DNA of 64,000 nucleotides, taken from assembly GCA_964584895.1 (NCBI GenBank), contig CAZPAW010000001.1, positions 197,053-261,052 on the forward strand. The letters are read 5' to 3'. The DNA comes from an uncultured Candidatus Saccharibacteria bacterium. GTDB lineage: Bacteria; Patescibacteriota; Saccharimonadia; Saccharimonadales; JAGQNJ01. A program made the translations under genes and the position numbers. This document shows, one piece after another, positions 1 to 9,289 of this stretch (positions are counted from its first letter, which is position 1; each line of letters opens with the position of its first letter). The notes under the pieces were generated by a model. It worked only from the letters and a program-made list of their open reading frames with translations, was not told where the DNA came from and ran no database searches.

Positions 1-413
1 GTAGCATTAACCAGTTAGAAGAGTTAGGCATAAAACACAGATACCTAAAGGCAGTAGAGCAGTTTTGGCCTGGGCCAGTCAGTGTTATTTTGCCTGTTCC
101 TGCAACCCTAGATTATTTGCATTATGGATTAATGACTTTGCCTGTTAGAGTAACGAGTGATAAAAAGTTAGTAAATCTACTTGATAAAACTGGGCCAATA
201 ATCACAACTAGTGCGAATCTGCCAGATCAAAAACCGGCAGAGAATATTGATGAGGCCAAAGAATATTTTGGTAATAAAGTTGATTTTTATGTTGATGGCG
301 GCCAACTCAGTAGCGGTCCTCCATCGACAATCATCAGAATAATCGATGATGCCATCGAGATTGTCAGGCAAGGTGCGGCTAAAATTAACGACAATGGAAG
401 GATAATAAAATGA
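1..413 (+). CDS. tsaC: L-threonylcarbamoyladenylate synthase (YrdC/Sua5 family), C-terminal part; the 5' end lies outside the window
   Basis: The frame is open from the window edge. 'FWPGPVSVILPV' and 'GPIITTSANL' match YrdC-domain motifs. Confidence 0.7.
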   Translation, partial: SINQLEELGIKHRYLKAVEQFWPGPVSVILPVPATLDYLHYGLMTLPVRVTSDKKLVNLLDKTGPIITTSANLPDQKPAENIDEAKEYFGNKVDFYVDGGQLSSGPPSTIIRIIDDAIEIVRQGAAKINDNGRIIK

Positions 414-739
414 CGTTTGATGAATATCAAAAACAATCAAAACAAACCGCTCAGTATAGTGATTTTGTCCCGCCGTTTGTTTATTTAACGATGGGGCTAG
501 CTGGTGAATCTGGTGAGACGATTGACAAGATTAAAAAAGTCGTCAGAAATAACAACGGCAAATTTACTGATGAAGATTTAGTTGAGATAAAAAAAGAGCT
601 AGGCGATGTACTGTGGTATTTAAGCCAACTTGCTACTCAACTGGATATGTCGCTTGAGGATGTAGCCTCAACAAACCTTGATAAACTATTCGATAGATTA
701 AAGCGTAACAAAATTCGCTCTCGTGGCGATAACCGCTAG
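410..739 (+). CDS. MazG-like nucleotide pyrophosphohydrolase (small all-alpha NTP-PPase)
   Basis: 109 aa. 'GLAGESGE...ELGDVLWYL' is a MazG-type EExxE / DxLWY signature. Start overlaps the upstream stop (ATGA). Confidence 0.6.
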   Translation: MTFDEYQKQSKQTAQYSDFVPPFVYLTMGLAGESGETIDKIKKVVRNNNGKFTDEDLVEIKKELGDVLWYLSQLATQLDMSLEDVASTNLDKLFDRLKRNKIRSRGDNR

Positions 740-2016
740 CTTTTTGCGAATTCGTTTCGAATCCATTCGTCTAGACTGCCTCCGCCACCTGCTGAAAAAC
801 AAAGCACTAAATCATTTGCATTGGCGTGGGCTTGGATTTTATTATGCAAATTTTGGTTTAAATCAGCGGTTTCGATGTTTTTAGGTTCGTACATTAAAGC
901 CTTTAGCTTTTCTGGCGTTAAATCTTCAAGTGATTCGTTTTCTCGGGCACGGTAGCTAGGCACAATATAAAGTTTCTTAACCCCACTAAACAGATCCGTT
1001 AAATCTACTTTTATGAAGTGTTGGCGAGTATTGTGTAGCCCCTCATAAATAACCACAATATTGTCAGGGTTCAGTTCTTCAGCTAACTGTAATGCGCCGC
1101 GAATTTTGTCTGGGGTATGAGCATAGTCAGAGTAAGTATTTTTAGAAATTTTTTCGAATCGTCTACTAACGCCGGGAAATTTGTTCACAATATCTGCCAG
1201 TGTCGATATGTCAGGTTTTGCTAGAGCTTTTAGCACCCCTTGAGTAGCTAATGCAGCATCCTCGCGATTAACTTTTCCGGCTAATGTGAACATCGGATAA
1301 TCAGTTTTGTTAATAATGCCTAAAGAATTATTGGATTCGTTTATTCCTAGTTTGTGAGCGTCTTCTTCCCACGCATATGCAAATTTGCTTTGAGATAAAA
1401 ACTGTCTAAACGCAGTATTGTATTCGTCTTTCGTTGGGTAAATATCTGGATGATCCCAATCTATGCCAGTAATTAGGCTAATGTACGGCGTGAATGTTAA
1501 AAAATTCCTATCGTATTCGTCGGCTTCGTATATAAAGTATTCTGACTTATTATCGAATTCGCCCATATCGCCAAAACTAATTTTGGCGCCTACAGAATAA
1601 CTAATTGGTACGCCTAACTGTTTAAACAGCCAGATAACCATTGCAGTCGTAGTGGTTTTGCCGTGAGTACCGGCAACCGCAATTAACTTTAAGTTTTTCT
1701 CACTGATTATTTTGTTAAGCAACTCATCACGCTTACTAACTTTGATATTATTGTTTTTTGCAAATACTATTTCCGGATGATCATTTGTTACGGCAGAAGA
1801 CCGCACTATCCAATCAATTGGATTATTATCGTGGATTTTTTGAATTTGATCTGTTGTCTGACCGATATATACACCATCTATACCACGTGTTTTTAGGTAA
1901 TCTGTATAGTTCGAGCGTTGCTTATCCGATCCTGAAACTTGATAACCAGCCTGTTTTGCAATTAAAGCTAGTGGCCCGATTCCGGTTCCGCCAATCCCGC
2001 TAAAAAATATATGCAT
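736..2016 (-). CDS. murC: UDP-N-acetylmuramate--L-alanine ligase (Mur ligase family)
   Basis: 426 aa. N-terminal 'FFSGIGGTGIGPLA' Rossmann region, 'GTHGKTTTTAM' ATP-binding motif, Mur ligase middle and C domains. Confidence 0.85.
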   Translation of the reverse strand: MHIFFSGIGGTGIGPLALIAKQAGYQVSGSDKQRSNYTDYLKTRGIDGVYIGQTTDQIQKIHDNNPIDWIVRSSAVTNDHPEIVFAKNNNIKVSKRDELLNKIISEKNLKLIAVAGTHGKTTTTAMVIWLFKQLGVPISYSVGAKISFGDMGEFDNKSEYFIYEADEYDRNFLTFTPYISLITGIDWDHPDIYPTKDEYNTAFRQFLSQSKFAYAWEEDAHKLGINESNNSLGIINKTDYPMFTLAGKVNREDAALATQGVLKALAKPDISTLADIVNKFPGVSRRFEKISKNTYSDYAHTPDKIRGALQLAEELNPDNIVVIYEGLHNTRQHFIKVDLTDLFSGVKKLYIVPSYRARENESLEDLTPEKLKALMYEPKNIETADLNQNLHNKIQAHANANDLVLCFSAGGGGSLDEWIRNEFAKS

Positions 2017-2062
2017 AAATATAGTCTATCACTCTCGTGTAAAACGGTTTAACATAAGAAAG

Positions 2063-2683
2063 ATGACAAAAGTAACTAAAACAAATTCGTTTAGGCAAAA
2101 ACTATCGTCGATCAATAATATATATTTTTTACTATTGGCAATATTTTTCGGATTTGTATCGCTCTATGCGTTAAGACAAAATAACTTAACTGCAATCCAA
2201 TTACGTGATGATGTAATTGCTGCTGATAAAGCTAATAAACAGGTAGAAGAAAAACTTCGTTTACTACGTGAATATATTTATACTCACATGAACGCCGATT
2301 TATCTAGTGGAGGGGGTTTATCGCAACCTGTACAGTTAAAATATCGATACGAAAGACTCGTTGCCGCAGAAAAAAAACGGACTGATCAAGTTAACGAATC
2401 AATCTATACAGATGCCCAAAACTATTGTGAGAAAAAATTTCCACTTGGACAGGTTGGCGCATCAGGAGGAGGTAGAATCGGCTGCATTAAAGATTATGTA
2501 ACCAAAAAAGGCGAAGATGCAAAACCAATTCCTGAAGATCTGTACAAATTTGATTTTATCTCTCCTAGATGGTCGCCCGATTTAGCGGGATGGAGCCTGG
2601 TATTTAGCTTTATATTTTTTGGACTATGGGTGTTTGGTCTAATCACTAAAAAACGCTTGCGTCATAGGGTTAAGGATTTGTAG
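2063..2683 (+). CDS. hypothetical membrane protein (N- and C-terminal TM helices)
   Basis: 206-aa ORF with hydrophobic segments at both ends and a Gly-rich middle. No recognisable domain. Confidence 0.5.
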   Translation: MTKVTKTNSFRQKLSSINNIYFLLLAIFFGFVSLYALRQNNLTAIQLRDDVIAADKANKQVEEKLRLLREYIYTHMNADLSSGGGLSQPVQLKYRYERLVAAEKKRTDQVNESIYTDAQNYCEKKFPLGQVGASGGGRIGCIKDYVTKKGEDAKPIPEDLYKFDFISPRWSPDLAGWSLVFSFIFFGLWVFGLITKKRLRHRVKDL

Positions 2684-2697
2684 GCTATACTATTTAT

Positions 2698-3321
2698 ATG
2701 GATAATGAAAAACAACCCCAAGCAGAACGAAAATATAATGTAGTAGCAATTGTTGCATTTTTGATGATGTGGTTTCCGCTAGTCGGCCCAATCTTAGGCA
2801 TTGTCGCGCTTTTTCAGATTAGTAAGACTAAAGAAAAAGGTAAATGGATGGCGATTTTGTCAATAATCTTACCGATTATCTCTACCATACTGATCGGTGT
2901 CGCTATTTATCTGTTTATCACATCGGCAATAAAAAATACCAATGAAAAAGCAAGTAGATTAGGAATTTCATCATCAGAGTACAATCAGATCAATAATGCA
3001 ATAAACGGTAATTGCAATATCGAAGCTCTTGAAACAGGCGCCTATATTTCAGATTTTTCTAATACAAAATCTTCAAATATTGATTATGTCGAAGATGGTT
3101 TCGCGACAGGGTCAAGAGAGTGTTATAGCCCCACCGGCAACAAGGTCTATATTGCTAAGCAAGAGAATAAGTCTAACAAAAATAGTGTTTGGCGAATAAT
3201 TTTCGTCGACTACCCCTCTAATAATCCACCTTGCTCGCTAGAGCAAGATTACGGAGTACCAAGCAGCATGTTAAAAAATTGTGATCTTAACAATAGTTCT
3301 ACCCCCGTTATAGCGATATAA
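2698..3321 (+). CDS. DUF4190-like membrane protein with Cys-containing extracellular tail
   Basis: 'MMWFPLVGPILGIVALFQISKTK...ILSIILPII' is the DUF4190 two-helix pattern. Confidence 0.55.
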   Translation: MDNEKQPQAERKYNVVAIVAFLMMWFPLVGPILGIVALFQISKTKEKGKWMAILSIILPIISTILIGVAIYLFITSAIKNTNEKASRLGISSSEYNQINNAINGNCNIEALETGAYISDFSNTKSSNIDYVEDGFATGSRECYSPTGNKVYIAKQENKSNKNSVWRIIFVDYPSNNPPCSLEQDYGVPSSMLKNCDLNNSSTPVIAI

Positions 3322-3437
3322 AAATTTCAATAACTATATTAATTATTTAAAAAAAGTTAGTAACAGGGTTGACAACTAATTTGCTAACAGAGTATCGTAG
3401 GAGTACTAAAGTAAACCTAAAGAGGAAGATAAGAATT

Positions 3438-3635
3438 ATGGCTTACGAGCACACAAACAGCAAAGGTGTAACATATTACCTAAACTGCAAAGATGTAGTA
3501 CTACGCGGTGGAAAGACACAGACAATTTACTACTTCTCTAAAGATCAACGACCAGAAGCTTGCGATCTACCAGAAGGCAAAGAAGTAACAGAAAATCCAA
3601 GAAACGGATTTCTAACAGTTAAGAAAAAAGTTTAA
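3438..3635 (+). CDS. small hypothetical protein (65 aa from the ATG after an AAGAGGAAG RBS; ORF is open from 3369)
   Basis: RBS-ATG spacing is good and an intrinsic terminator follows immediately. Confidence 0.45.
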   Translation: MAYEHTNSKGVTYYLNCKDVVLRGGKTQTIYYFSKDQRPEACDLPEGKEVTENPRNGFLTVKKKV

Positions 3636-3656
3636 GTTAAATACTTAATCGAGATT

Positions 3657-3695
3657 CACCCCTGAGGTTATATAACATCAGGGGTGTTTTTTTGT
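3657..3695 (+). terminator. rho-independent terminator (CACCCCTGA...TCAGGGGTG followed by T7)
   Basis: Perfect 9-bp GC-rich stem followed by TTTTTTT, directly after the 3438..3635 ORF. Confidence 0.8.
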
Positions 3696-3711
3696 TATAA
3701 TAATTTAGTAA

Positions 3712-4470
3712 ATGGCGGATGTGATATTAAAAGTTACTAACCTACGAAAAAAATACGGCCGAAAATCGGTTGTTAAGGGAATTAGTTTTGAAGTAAATAA
3801 AGGTGAGGTTTTTGGCATATTAGGTCCTAACGGAGCCGGCAAGACCACAACGCTTGAAATGATAGAATCAATGCGACCAATTGATGGCGGCACAGCTATT
3901 TTAGATGGGATTAATGTTGCCGAGTCGCCACAAAAAGTAAAAGACATTATTGGCGTACAATTACAGTCTTCGGCATTTTTTGATAATCTTAATCTAAGTG
4001 AGTTGTTAAAAATGTTTGCTGGTATGTATGGTCAGCGAGCACATCCTAGAAAATTACTTCAAGAAGTACAACTAAGTAATAAATCAAAATCTCAAGTCAA
4101 GGAACTGTCAGGTGGTCAACGTCAACGCTTTAGTATTGCAGCTGCTCTTGTTAATAAACCAAAGGTATTATTTCTTGATGAGCCAACAACCGGTCTCGAT
4201 CCACAAGCACGACGTAATCTATGGGAATTAGTAGAATCGATTAAAAAAAAGAATATTACCGTAATTATAACCACTCACTATATGGAGGAAGCCGAGAGAT
4301 TATGCGATCGCGTCGCGATTATGGATGATGGACGTGTTATTGCGCTAGATTCTCCTGCAAATTTAATTCAGCAATTACTAAAGAGGGGCTTTAAAAAGGC
4401 CCAAAAGGTCGAACAAGCTGATCTCGAGGATGTATTTATTGATCTTACAGGCAAGGATTTACGAGAATGA
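3712..4470 (+). CDS. ABC transporter ATP-binding protein
   Basis: Walker A 'GPNGAGKTT', signature 'LSGGQRQR', Walker B 'VLFLDEPTTGLD'. Confidence 0.9.
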   Translation: MADVILKVTNLRKKYGRKSVVKGISFEVNKGEVFGILGPNGAGKTTTLEMIESMRPIDGGTAILDGINVAESPQKVKDIIGVQLQSSAFFDNLNLSELLKMFAGMYGQRAHPRKLLQEVQLSNKSKSQVKELSGGQRQRFSIAAALVNKPKVLFLDEPTTGLDPQARRNLWELVESIKKKNITVIITTHYMEEAERLCDRVAIMDDGRVIALDSPANLIQQLLKRGFKKAQKVEQADLEDVFIDLTGKDLRE

Positions 4471-5570
4471 TGCGACCTATTAAGACAACACTATCATTGG
4501 CAAGGTTTTTTACGGTTCGATATTTCCGTGATAAGGTAGCGCTATTCTTTACCTTTGTCTTTCCAATAATGTTCTTGGTTATTTTTGGTTTTATTTTCGG
4601 TGGCGAAAACACACCAAGCTTTAATGTTGCTTTGATTAATAATTCTGACACCCCATTTAGTAAACAGTTTGTTGAGCAAGCTAAATCCAGTGAAGTATTT
4701 AAAATCACAGAGACATCTGACTTTGATACAGCGAAACTCGAGATTGAAAGGGGTGAAAAAGATGCAATTATTGAGTTACCAGCAAGTTTCGGAAAGCTTA
4801 ATGCCCAAAAGCAACCTACTGGCACGGTGGTAACCTATAATGATCAAAGTGACGAACAGCTTAACGCAACTTTATCGACCGTTATGCAGGGTACTATTGA
4901 TGGTATTAATGCAGGTATAGTAAAGACGCAGGCGCCGATAAAATTAGAAGCAAAATCACTACAGACCGCCAATTTATCTAGGTTTGATTATTTGATTGCT
5001 GGAATTATTGGTTTTTCATTACTTTCGCTAGGTATTTTTAGTATGAGTGAAGGCTTTACTGGCGATAAAAAGAACGGCTCTCTAAGACGCATGGAAGTAG
5101 CACCTCTAAAACCATGGAATATTATCATAGCAACTGGGATTAATAGAGTATTAGTTGGATTAGTTTCTGTAGCAGCCCTGTTTGTGGTGGCGATTGTGAT
5201 ATTTGATTTTCAGATGAGAGGTGATTATCTATCATTTATTTTGTTTACGATAATAAGTACTTTTTGTTTGTTTGGTTTTGGTATGGCAATTGCCGGCTGG
5301 GCAAAAGATGGCAATCAATCAGCGCCTATAGCTAATCTCGTGACTTTCCCAATGATGTTTTTATCAGGAGTATTTTTTCCGGTGTTTTTAATGCCTCAGT
5401 GGCTACAGAACATCTCTGCATTTATCCCGCTGACTCCAATAGTCGATGGTCTTAGGATGATATTGACTGAAGGCAAAACAATAATTGACTTAGGTCCACA
5501 GTTAGCCGTTATCGGCGTATGGACACTGATTATCTATGTAATAGCTTTTAGGGTGTTCAGATGGGAATAG
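4467..5570 (+). CDS. ABC-2 family transporter permease
   Basis: Translationally coupled to the ATPase (ATGA overlap). 367 aa with a large first extracellular loop and six C-terminal TM helices. Confidence 0.8.
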   Translation: MMRPIKTTLSLARFFTVRYFRDKVALFFTFVFPIMFLVIFGFIFGGENTPSFNVALINNSDTPFSKQFVEQAKSSEVFKITETSDFDTAKLEIERGEKDAIIELPASFGKLNAQKQPTGTVVTYNDQSDEQLNATLSTVMQGTIDGINAGIVKTQAPIKLEAKSLQTANLSRFDYLIAGIIGFSLLSLGIFSMSEGFTGDKKNGSLRRMEVAPLKPWNIIIATGINRVLVGLVSVAALFVVAIVIFDFQMRGDYLSFILFTIISTFCLFGFGMAIAGWAKDGNQSAPIANLVTFPMMFLSGVFFPVFLMPQWLQNISAFIPLTPIVDGLRMILTEGKTIIDLGPQLAVIGVWTLIIYVIAFRVFRWE

Positions 5571-5573
5571 ACA

Positions 5574-5602
5574 TTGCATAAGCATACAAAAGGTGATATA
5601 AT
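5574..5602 (+). promoter_or_regulatory. sigma70-like promoter: TTGCAT, 17-nt spacer, TATAAT
   Basis: Read directly: TTGCAT at 5574-5579, TATAAT at 5597-5602, upstream of the 5609 ORF. Confidence 0.5.
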
Positions 5603-5608
5603 AGATTT

Positions 5609-5842
5609 ATGTCAGATCACATTGAACAAGACCAAGGAAAATTATTCGAAGAAGTTCATGTAGAGCCTTTTGATGTAGAACGATATGCCGGATATATCGC
5701 CGAACATGCTTCACCGGTTGATTTACCTGATAGAGATGGTGTTCATCAAGATGTTACCGGTGTAAAACCTGGTGCCGAAAGAGTTACGATACATGGTCCG
5801 GGTAGCCCAGATTGGGAAGAAATGCGCTCACGAGTAGGATAA
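5609..5842 (+). CDS. small acidic hypothetical protein
   Basis: 77-aa ORF preceded by a promoter-like sequence. No known domain. Confidence 0.45.
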   Translation: MSDHIEQDQGKLFEEVHVEPFDVERYAGYIAEHASPVDLPDRDGVHQDVTGVKPGAERVTIHGPGSPDWEEMRSRVG

Positions 5843-5856
5843 AATAATATCCATAA

Positions 5857-6813
5857 ATGAATAATATTTGGGATGAGATGAAGAAGCCAATATTTGTGTT
5901 GGCGCCAATGGATGATGTAACTGATACGGTTTTTCGTCAAATGATTGCTAGCTTAGCGCCGCCAGATTTGTACTTTTCAGAGTTTGTGAATGTCGACGGG
6001 TTACAGAGTGTAGGTCGAGGTAAGTTGATACATAAACTGCAGTACACAAAAAAAGAGAAGCCAATCATTGCTCAGTTATGGGGCAAAAACCCGAATAATT
6101 ATTACAAAACGACTAAACAGTTAATCGAGATGGGTTTTGATGGCGTTGATATTAATATGGGATGTCCAGTCAAGACCGTGGTTAAGGATGGCTGTTGCGT
6201 AGCACTTGTTGATAATCGCATTTTAGCTAACGAGATAATAAGCCAGACTCAAAAAGCTGCCAATGGTAAGATACCGGTAAGTGTAAAAACGCGTATTGGT
6301 AATAGAACTGTTGATATGAGCTGGATAGAGTTTTTGTTATCACATAATCTAGATGCGCTAACTGTTCATGGTCGAACCGCCAAGCAGATGTCCAAGGTGC
6401 CGGCAGACTGGGACATAATAGGGCAGGCGAGGGAAATGCGCGATCGACTCTCTCCTGCTACAAAAATTATCGGTAACGGCGATGTTATGTCGCGATCGCA
6501 TGGATTAGAGTTAGCAAAAAAACACAAGCTGGATGGAATTATGATTGGTCGAGGTATCTTTCATGATCCGTTTGTCTTTGCTAATTCGTTGTCCAGCGAA
6601 TCACCTTGGCAAGGATATTCAAAATCTCAAAAGATTGAGCTTTATAAAAAACACGTCCAACTATTTGCTAAAACTTGGAAAAAGGGCGAACGACGATCGA
6701 TTGGCCTTAACAAGTTTTGTAAGATATATATTAATGGCTTTGATGGTGCCAAAGAATTGCGGGTTGATTTAATGGACGCGAAAAATACTGAAGAGTTACT
6801 AGAGAAGCTCTAG
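5857..6813 (+). CDS. dus: tRNA-dihydrouridine synthase
   Basis: 'LAPMDDVTDTVFRQM', 'DINMGCPVKTV' (catalytic Cys), 'VSVKTRIG'. TIM-barrel Dus family. Confidence 0.85.
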   Translation: MNNIWDEMKKPIFVLAPMDDVTDTVFRQMIASLAPPDLYFSEFVNVDGLQSVGRGKLIHKLQYTKKEKPIIAQLWGKNPNNYYKTTKQLIEMGFDGVDINMGCPVKTVVKDGCCVALVDNRILANEIISQTQKAANGKIPVSVKTRIGNRTVDMSWIEFLLSHNLDALTVHGRTAKQMSKVPADWDIIGQAREMRDRLSPATKIIGNGDVMSRSHGLELAKKHKLDGIMIGRGIFHDPFVFANSLSSESPWQGYSKSQKIELYKKHVQLFAKTWKKGERRSIGLNKFCKIYINGFDGAKELRVDLMDAKNTEELLEKL

Positions 6814-6831
6814 TTCTGTACAATAGCAGGT

Positions 6832-7320
6832 ATGAGCCAACGGTTAAGACAAGTTAGCTTATTATTCTTGCGAGATGATAAATATATTTGGTTGGCCATG
6901 AAAAAACGTGGTTTTGGAGAAGGGTATTGGAACGGGGTTGGTGGTAAGCCCGATTCGAATGAGCCGATCGAAAACACTGCAGTTCGTGAATGTGAAGAAG
7001 AAATAGAAGTAACCCCGCTTAATCTCGAGCACGTCGCGACGCTTGATTTTTACTTTCCACCAGAAAAATCGGCGCTTGGTTGGGATCAGCAAGTTGTGGT
7101 GTATTTTTCGGATAAATGGGATGGCGAACCAAAAGAGACAGAAGAAATGGCGCCAAAACGATTCTCTATTGAAGATCTTCCATATGAGAATATGTGGGAT
7201 GACGATAAGCTTTGGTTACCAAAAGTAATTGACGGTAAGTTCGTCAGAGCCAAATTTCACTTTGATAATTCAGGTAAAATTGAAAATTACAAAATAATAA
7301 GCGAAAAGCCAAGACAATAA
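6832..7320 (+). CDS. NUDIX hydrolase (MutT-like)
   Basis: Nudix box 'GGKPDSNEPIENTAVRECEEEIEV'. Confidence 0.8.
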   Translation: MSQRLRQVSLLFLRDDKYIWLAMKKRGFGEGYWNGVGGKPDSNEPIENTAVRECEEEIEVTPLNLEHVATLDFYFPPEKSALGWDQQVVVYFSDKWDGEPKETEEMAPKRFSIEDLPYENMWDDDKLWLPKVIDGKFVRAKFHFDNSGKIENYKIISEKPRQ

Positions 7321-7321
7321 T

Positions 7322-7636
7322 TTAGCAGTATTTGGCGCCCCAGTCGGCCATGCTTTCTAGAATTTTGCGGAGCTCTTTGCCCTTTTTTGTTAGTTGATAA
7401 CGATAACGTGGTGGGTGGGCGCAATACTTACATCTTTCTAATACGTCATCTGTTTCGAGTTGTTTTAACCTTTGGCTGAGGGTACGAGGGCTGATGCCAG
7501 TCAGTGATATTTCTAGCTCGCTAAAAGTTTTGGGCTGGTCTGATACATCGCGTAATATTAGGGCGGTCCATTTATCGCCCAATATATCTAATGTTGTTTG
7601 AATACAGCCAGGTTTTTTCTCTATCGATAATTTCAT
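7322..7636 (-). CDS. HxlR-family winged-helix transcriptional regulator
   Basis: 104 aa. 'CIQTTLDILGDKWTALILRDV...PKTFSEL...ISPRTLSQRLKQLE' is the HxlR-type HTH. Confidence 0.75.
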   Translation of the reverse strand: MKLSIEKKPGCIQTTLDILGDKWTALILRDVSDQPKTFSELEISLTGISPRTLSQRLKQLETDDVLERCKYCAHPPRYRYQLTKKGKELRKILESMADWGAKYC

Positions 7637-7656
7637 AATCAGTATTATACAAAAAT

Positions 7657-7697
7657 GGCTTTACAAAGTATAGCTAGTAACTATACAATGTAAAGCC
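7657..7697. promoter_or_regulatory. imperfect 41-bp palindrome (GGCTTTACA...TGTAAAGCC) 20 bp upstream of the HxlR-type regulator; candidate operator
   Basis: 8-bp outer and 6-bp inner arms read directly. Position fits an autoregulatory operator. Confidence 0.4.
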
Positions 7698-7838
7698 AGT
7701 GAGGTGTGGTTCTGGAATGTGCGATAGATATTGATAACAAATGAGCTTGTGATATTGGCACAAAATTGCGATTAATTGTTTTACCACGAGCATTTTTATA
7801 GTATACTTCGGTTAATAATGTATATAAGGGGTAATATA

Positions 7839-9208
7839 ATGCTGAAAAAACTTAAACTACTGGTAATTGCTTCTATTTTGGCGGTGCCGCTAATTATATC
7901 CCCAATGCAAGCTTCTGCTGCTACAACTGTCGCAATCACATCGCCGACTACTGGTGAGGAAATAACGGGAACGAGTTTTACGGTAACTGGCACGGCAACC
8001 GCTGACAGGCTGATCACGGTATCGGTCAACGGTGACGAAGTTGGGACGACAACCTCTGACGGCTCAGGTGATTGGAGCTTAGAAGTAACCGACCAAGACG
8101 CTGGTGCAAAGACAATTACGGCTGTTGCTAGTGCCCACTACGCATACGTCACCAATGGTGGAGATGCAACTATCTCTGTTTTTGACATAAATACTGACCA
8201 GAAAGTCGGCAGCAACATCAGTAGTGGCGTCAATCAATCGAATCTTGTTGTACGCCCTGATGGCACGCAGATGGTTTCAGCCGGTGGTTTTGGTAGTACC
8301 GCACTTAGGGTTTGGGATTTGTCAGACCCCGCGGTCCCAGTCATATTCGATAGCATAGTCGCCCCTTTGGCGCACAACATGGGGTTAGCATACACGCCTG
8401 ATGGCACCGAGTTCTGGGCTGTTTCGACAAATTTTGGGGACTCACTACCATTCGCTCTTACGATGCAGACAACCCAGCGACGACAGCAGACATAACTGGC
8501 TATTCAGGTGCGGCGGGAATTGTTATTGCTTTCAATGAAGCAGGCGATAAAGCATACGTTTCGGACTGTGGCGATAGCAAGGTTCACGTCATTGATGTAG
8601 CTACAAAAGCCGAAACTAGTACTATAAATGGTGTTGGTTGTGGCGGCCTAGTAGTTGGGCCAAACGATGTGGCATTCTTGCTCGATAGTACTAACGATAG
8701 GCTTAAGCCAATAAACTTAGCTGCAGAAACAGCAGGCGCCTATATTGCGGTTGGTGATGCTCCGGGCCCAATATTTTTTAATTCTGATGGCAGCCGAGCA
8801 TATGTATCTAATACAAATAGTAACAATATTAGTGTAATTAACACCAACACAGATACGGTTGTAGATACAATTGCATTAACTGGCGGACCGTTGTCGGGTG
8901 TCTTTAACCCAGAATTTTCCAAGGTTTATATTGCAAGAAGTACTGCCGACCAAATAGTTGTTGCGGATGGAGATACGTTAGCTGAATTGTCTACTATTGC
9001 TGCAGGGGATTCCCCGACCGGTGTAAGACTAGGACCTGTCGAGTCTGCGACAGCGTCAGTTGATTTTACGCTTGCAACAGCTACTGGCACGTCATCAGAC
9101 GAGATCTTGGCTGATACTGGACAGAATACCTACATATTCTTGGCTCTTGCAAGCATGCTGTTAATTAGTCCAGCCGTTTACTTGAGAAAACGATACTCGC
9201 AAAAATAA
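7839..9208 (+). pseudogene. sortase-substrate surface protein with YVTN beta-propeller repeats, interrupted by a frameshift near 8440-8460 (frame 3 to frame 2)
   Basis: Signal peptide starts at 7839 (AAGGGG RBS). YVTN repeats continue across the break: frame 2 is open from 8402 and reads '...KAYVSDCGDSKVHVIDVATK...'. A TTTTGGGGA homopolymer sits at the switch. C-terminus is 'LADTG' + TM + 'RKRYSQK'. Confidence 0.55.
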
Positions 9209-9289
9209 TTATCTACAGTTGTTGGTTTAGCAACGTAGATTGCCAGTTAGTAGCCGGCAAGAATAAATCAGGTTTTTAGGGCATATTAA

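Noticed and set aside
7776-7838. Extended N-terminus (MFYHEHFYSILRLIMYIRGNIM) of the YVTN protein from the first in-frame ATG
   Set aside because: A better RBS (AAGGGG) precedes the ATG at 7839, which begins a classical signal peptide. The upstream extension is likely non-coding.
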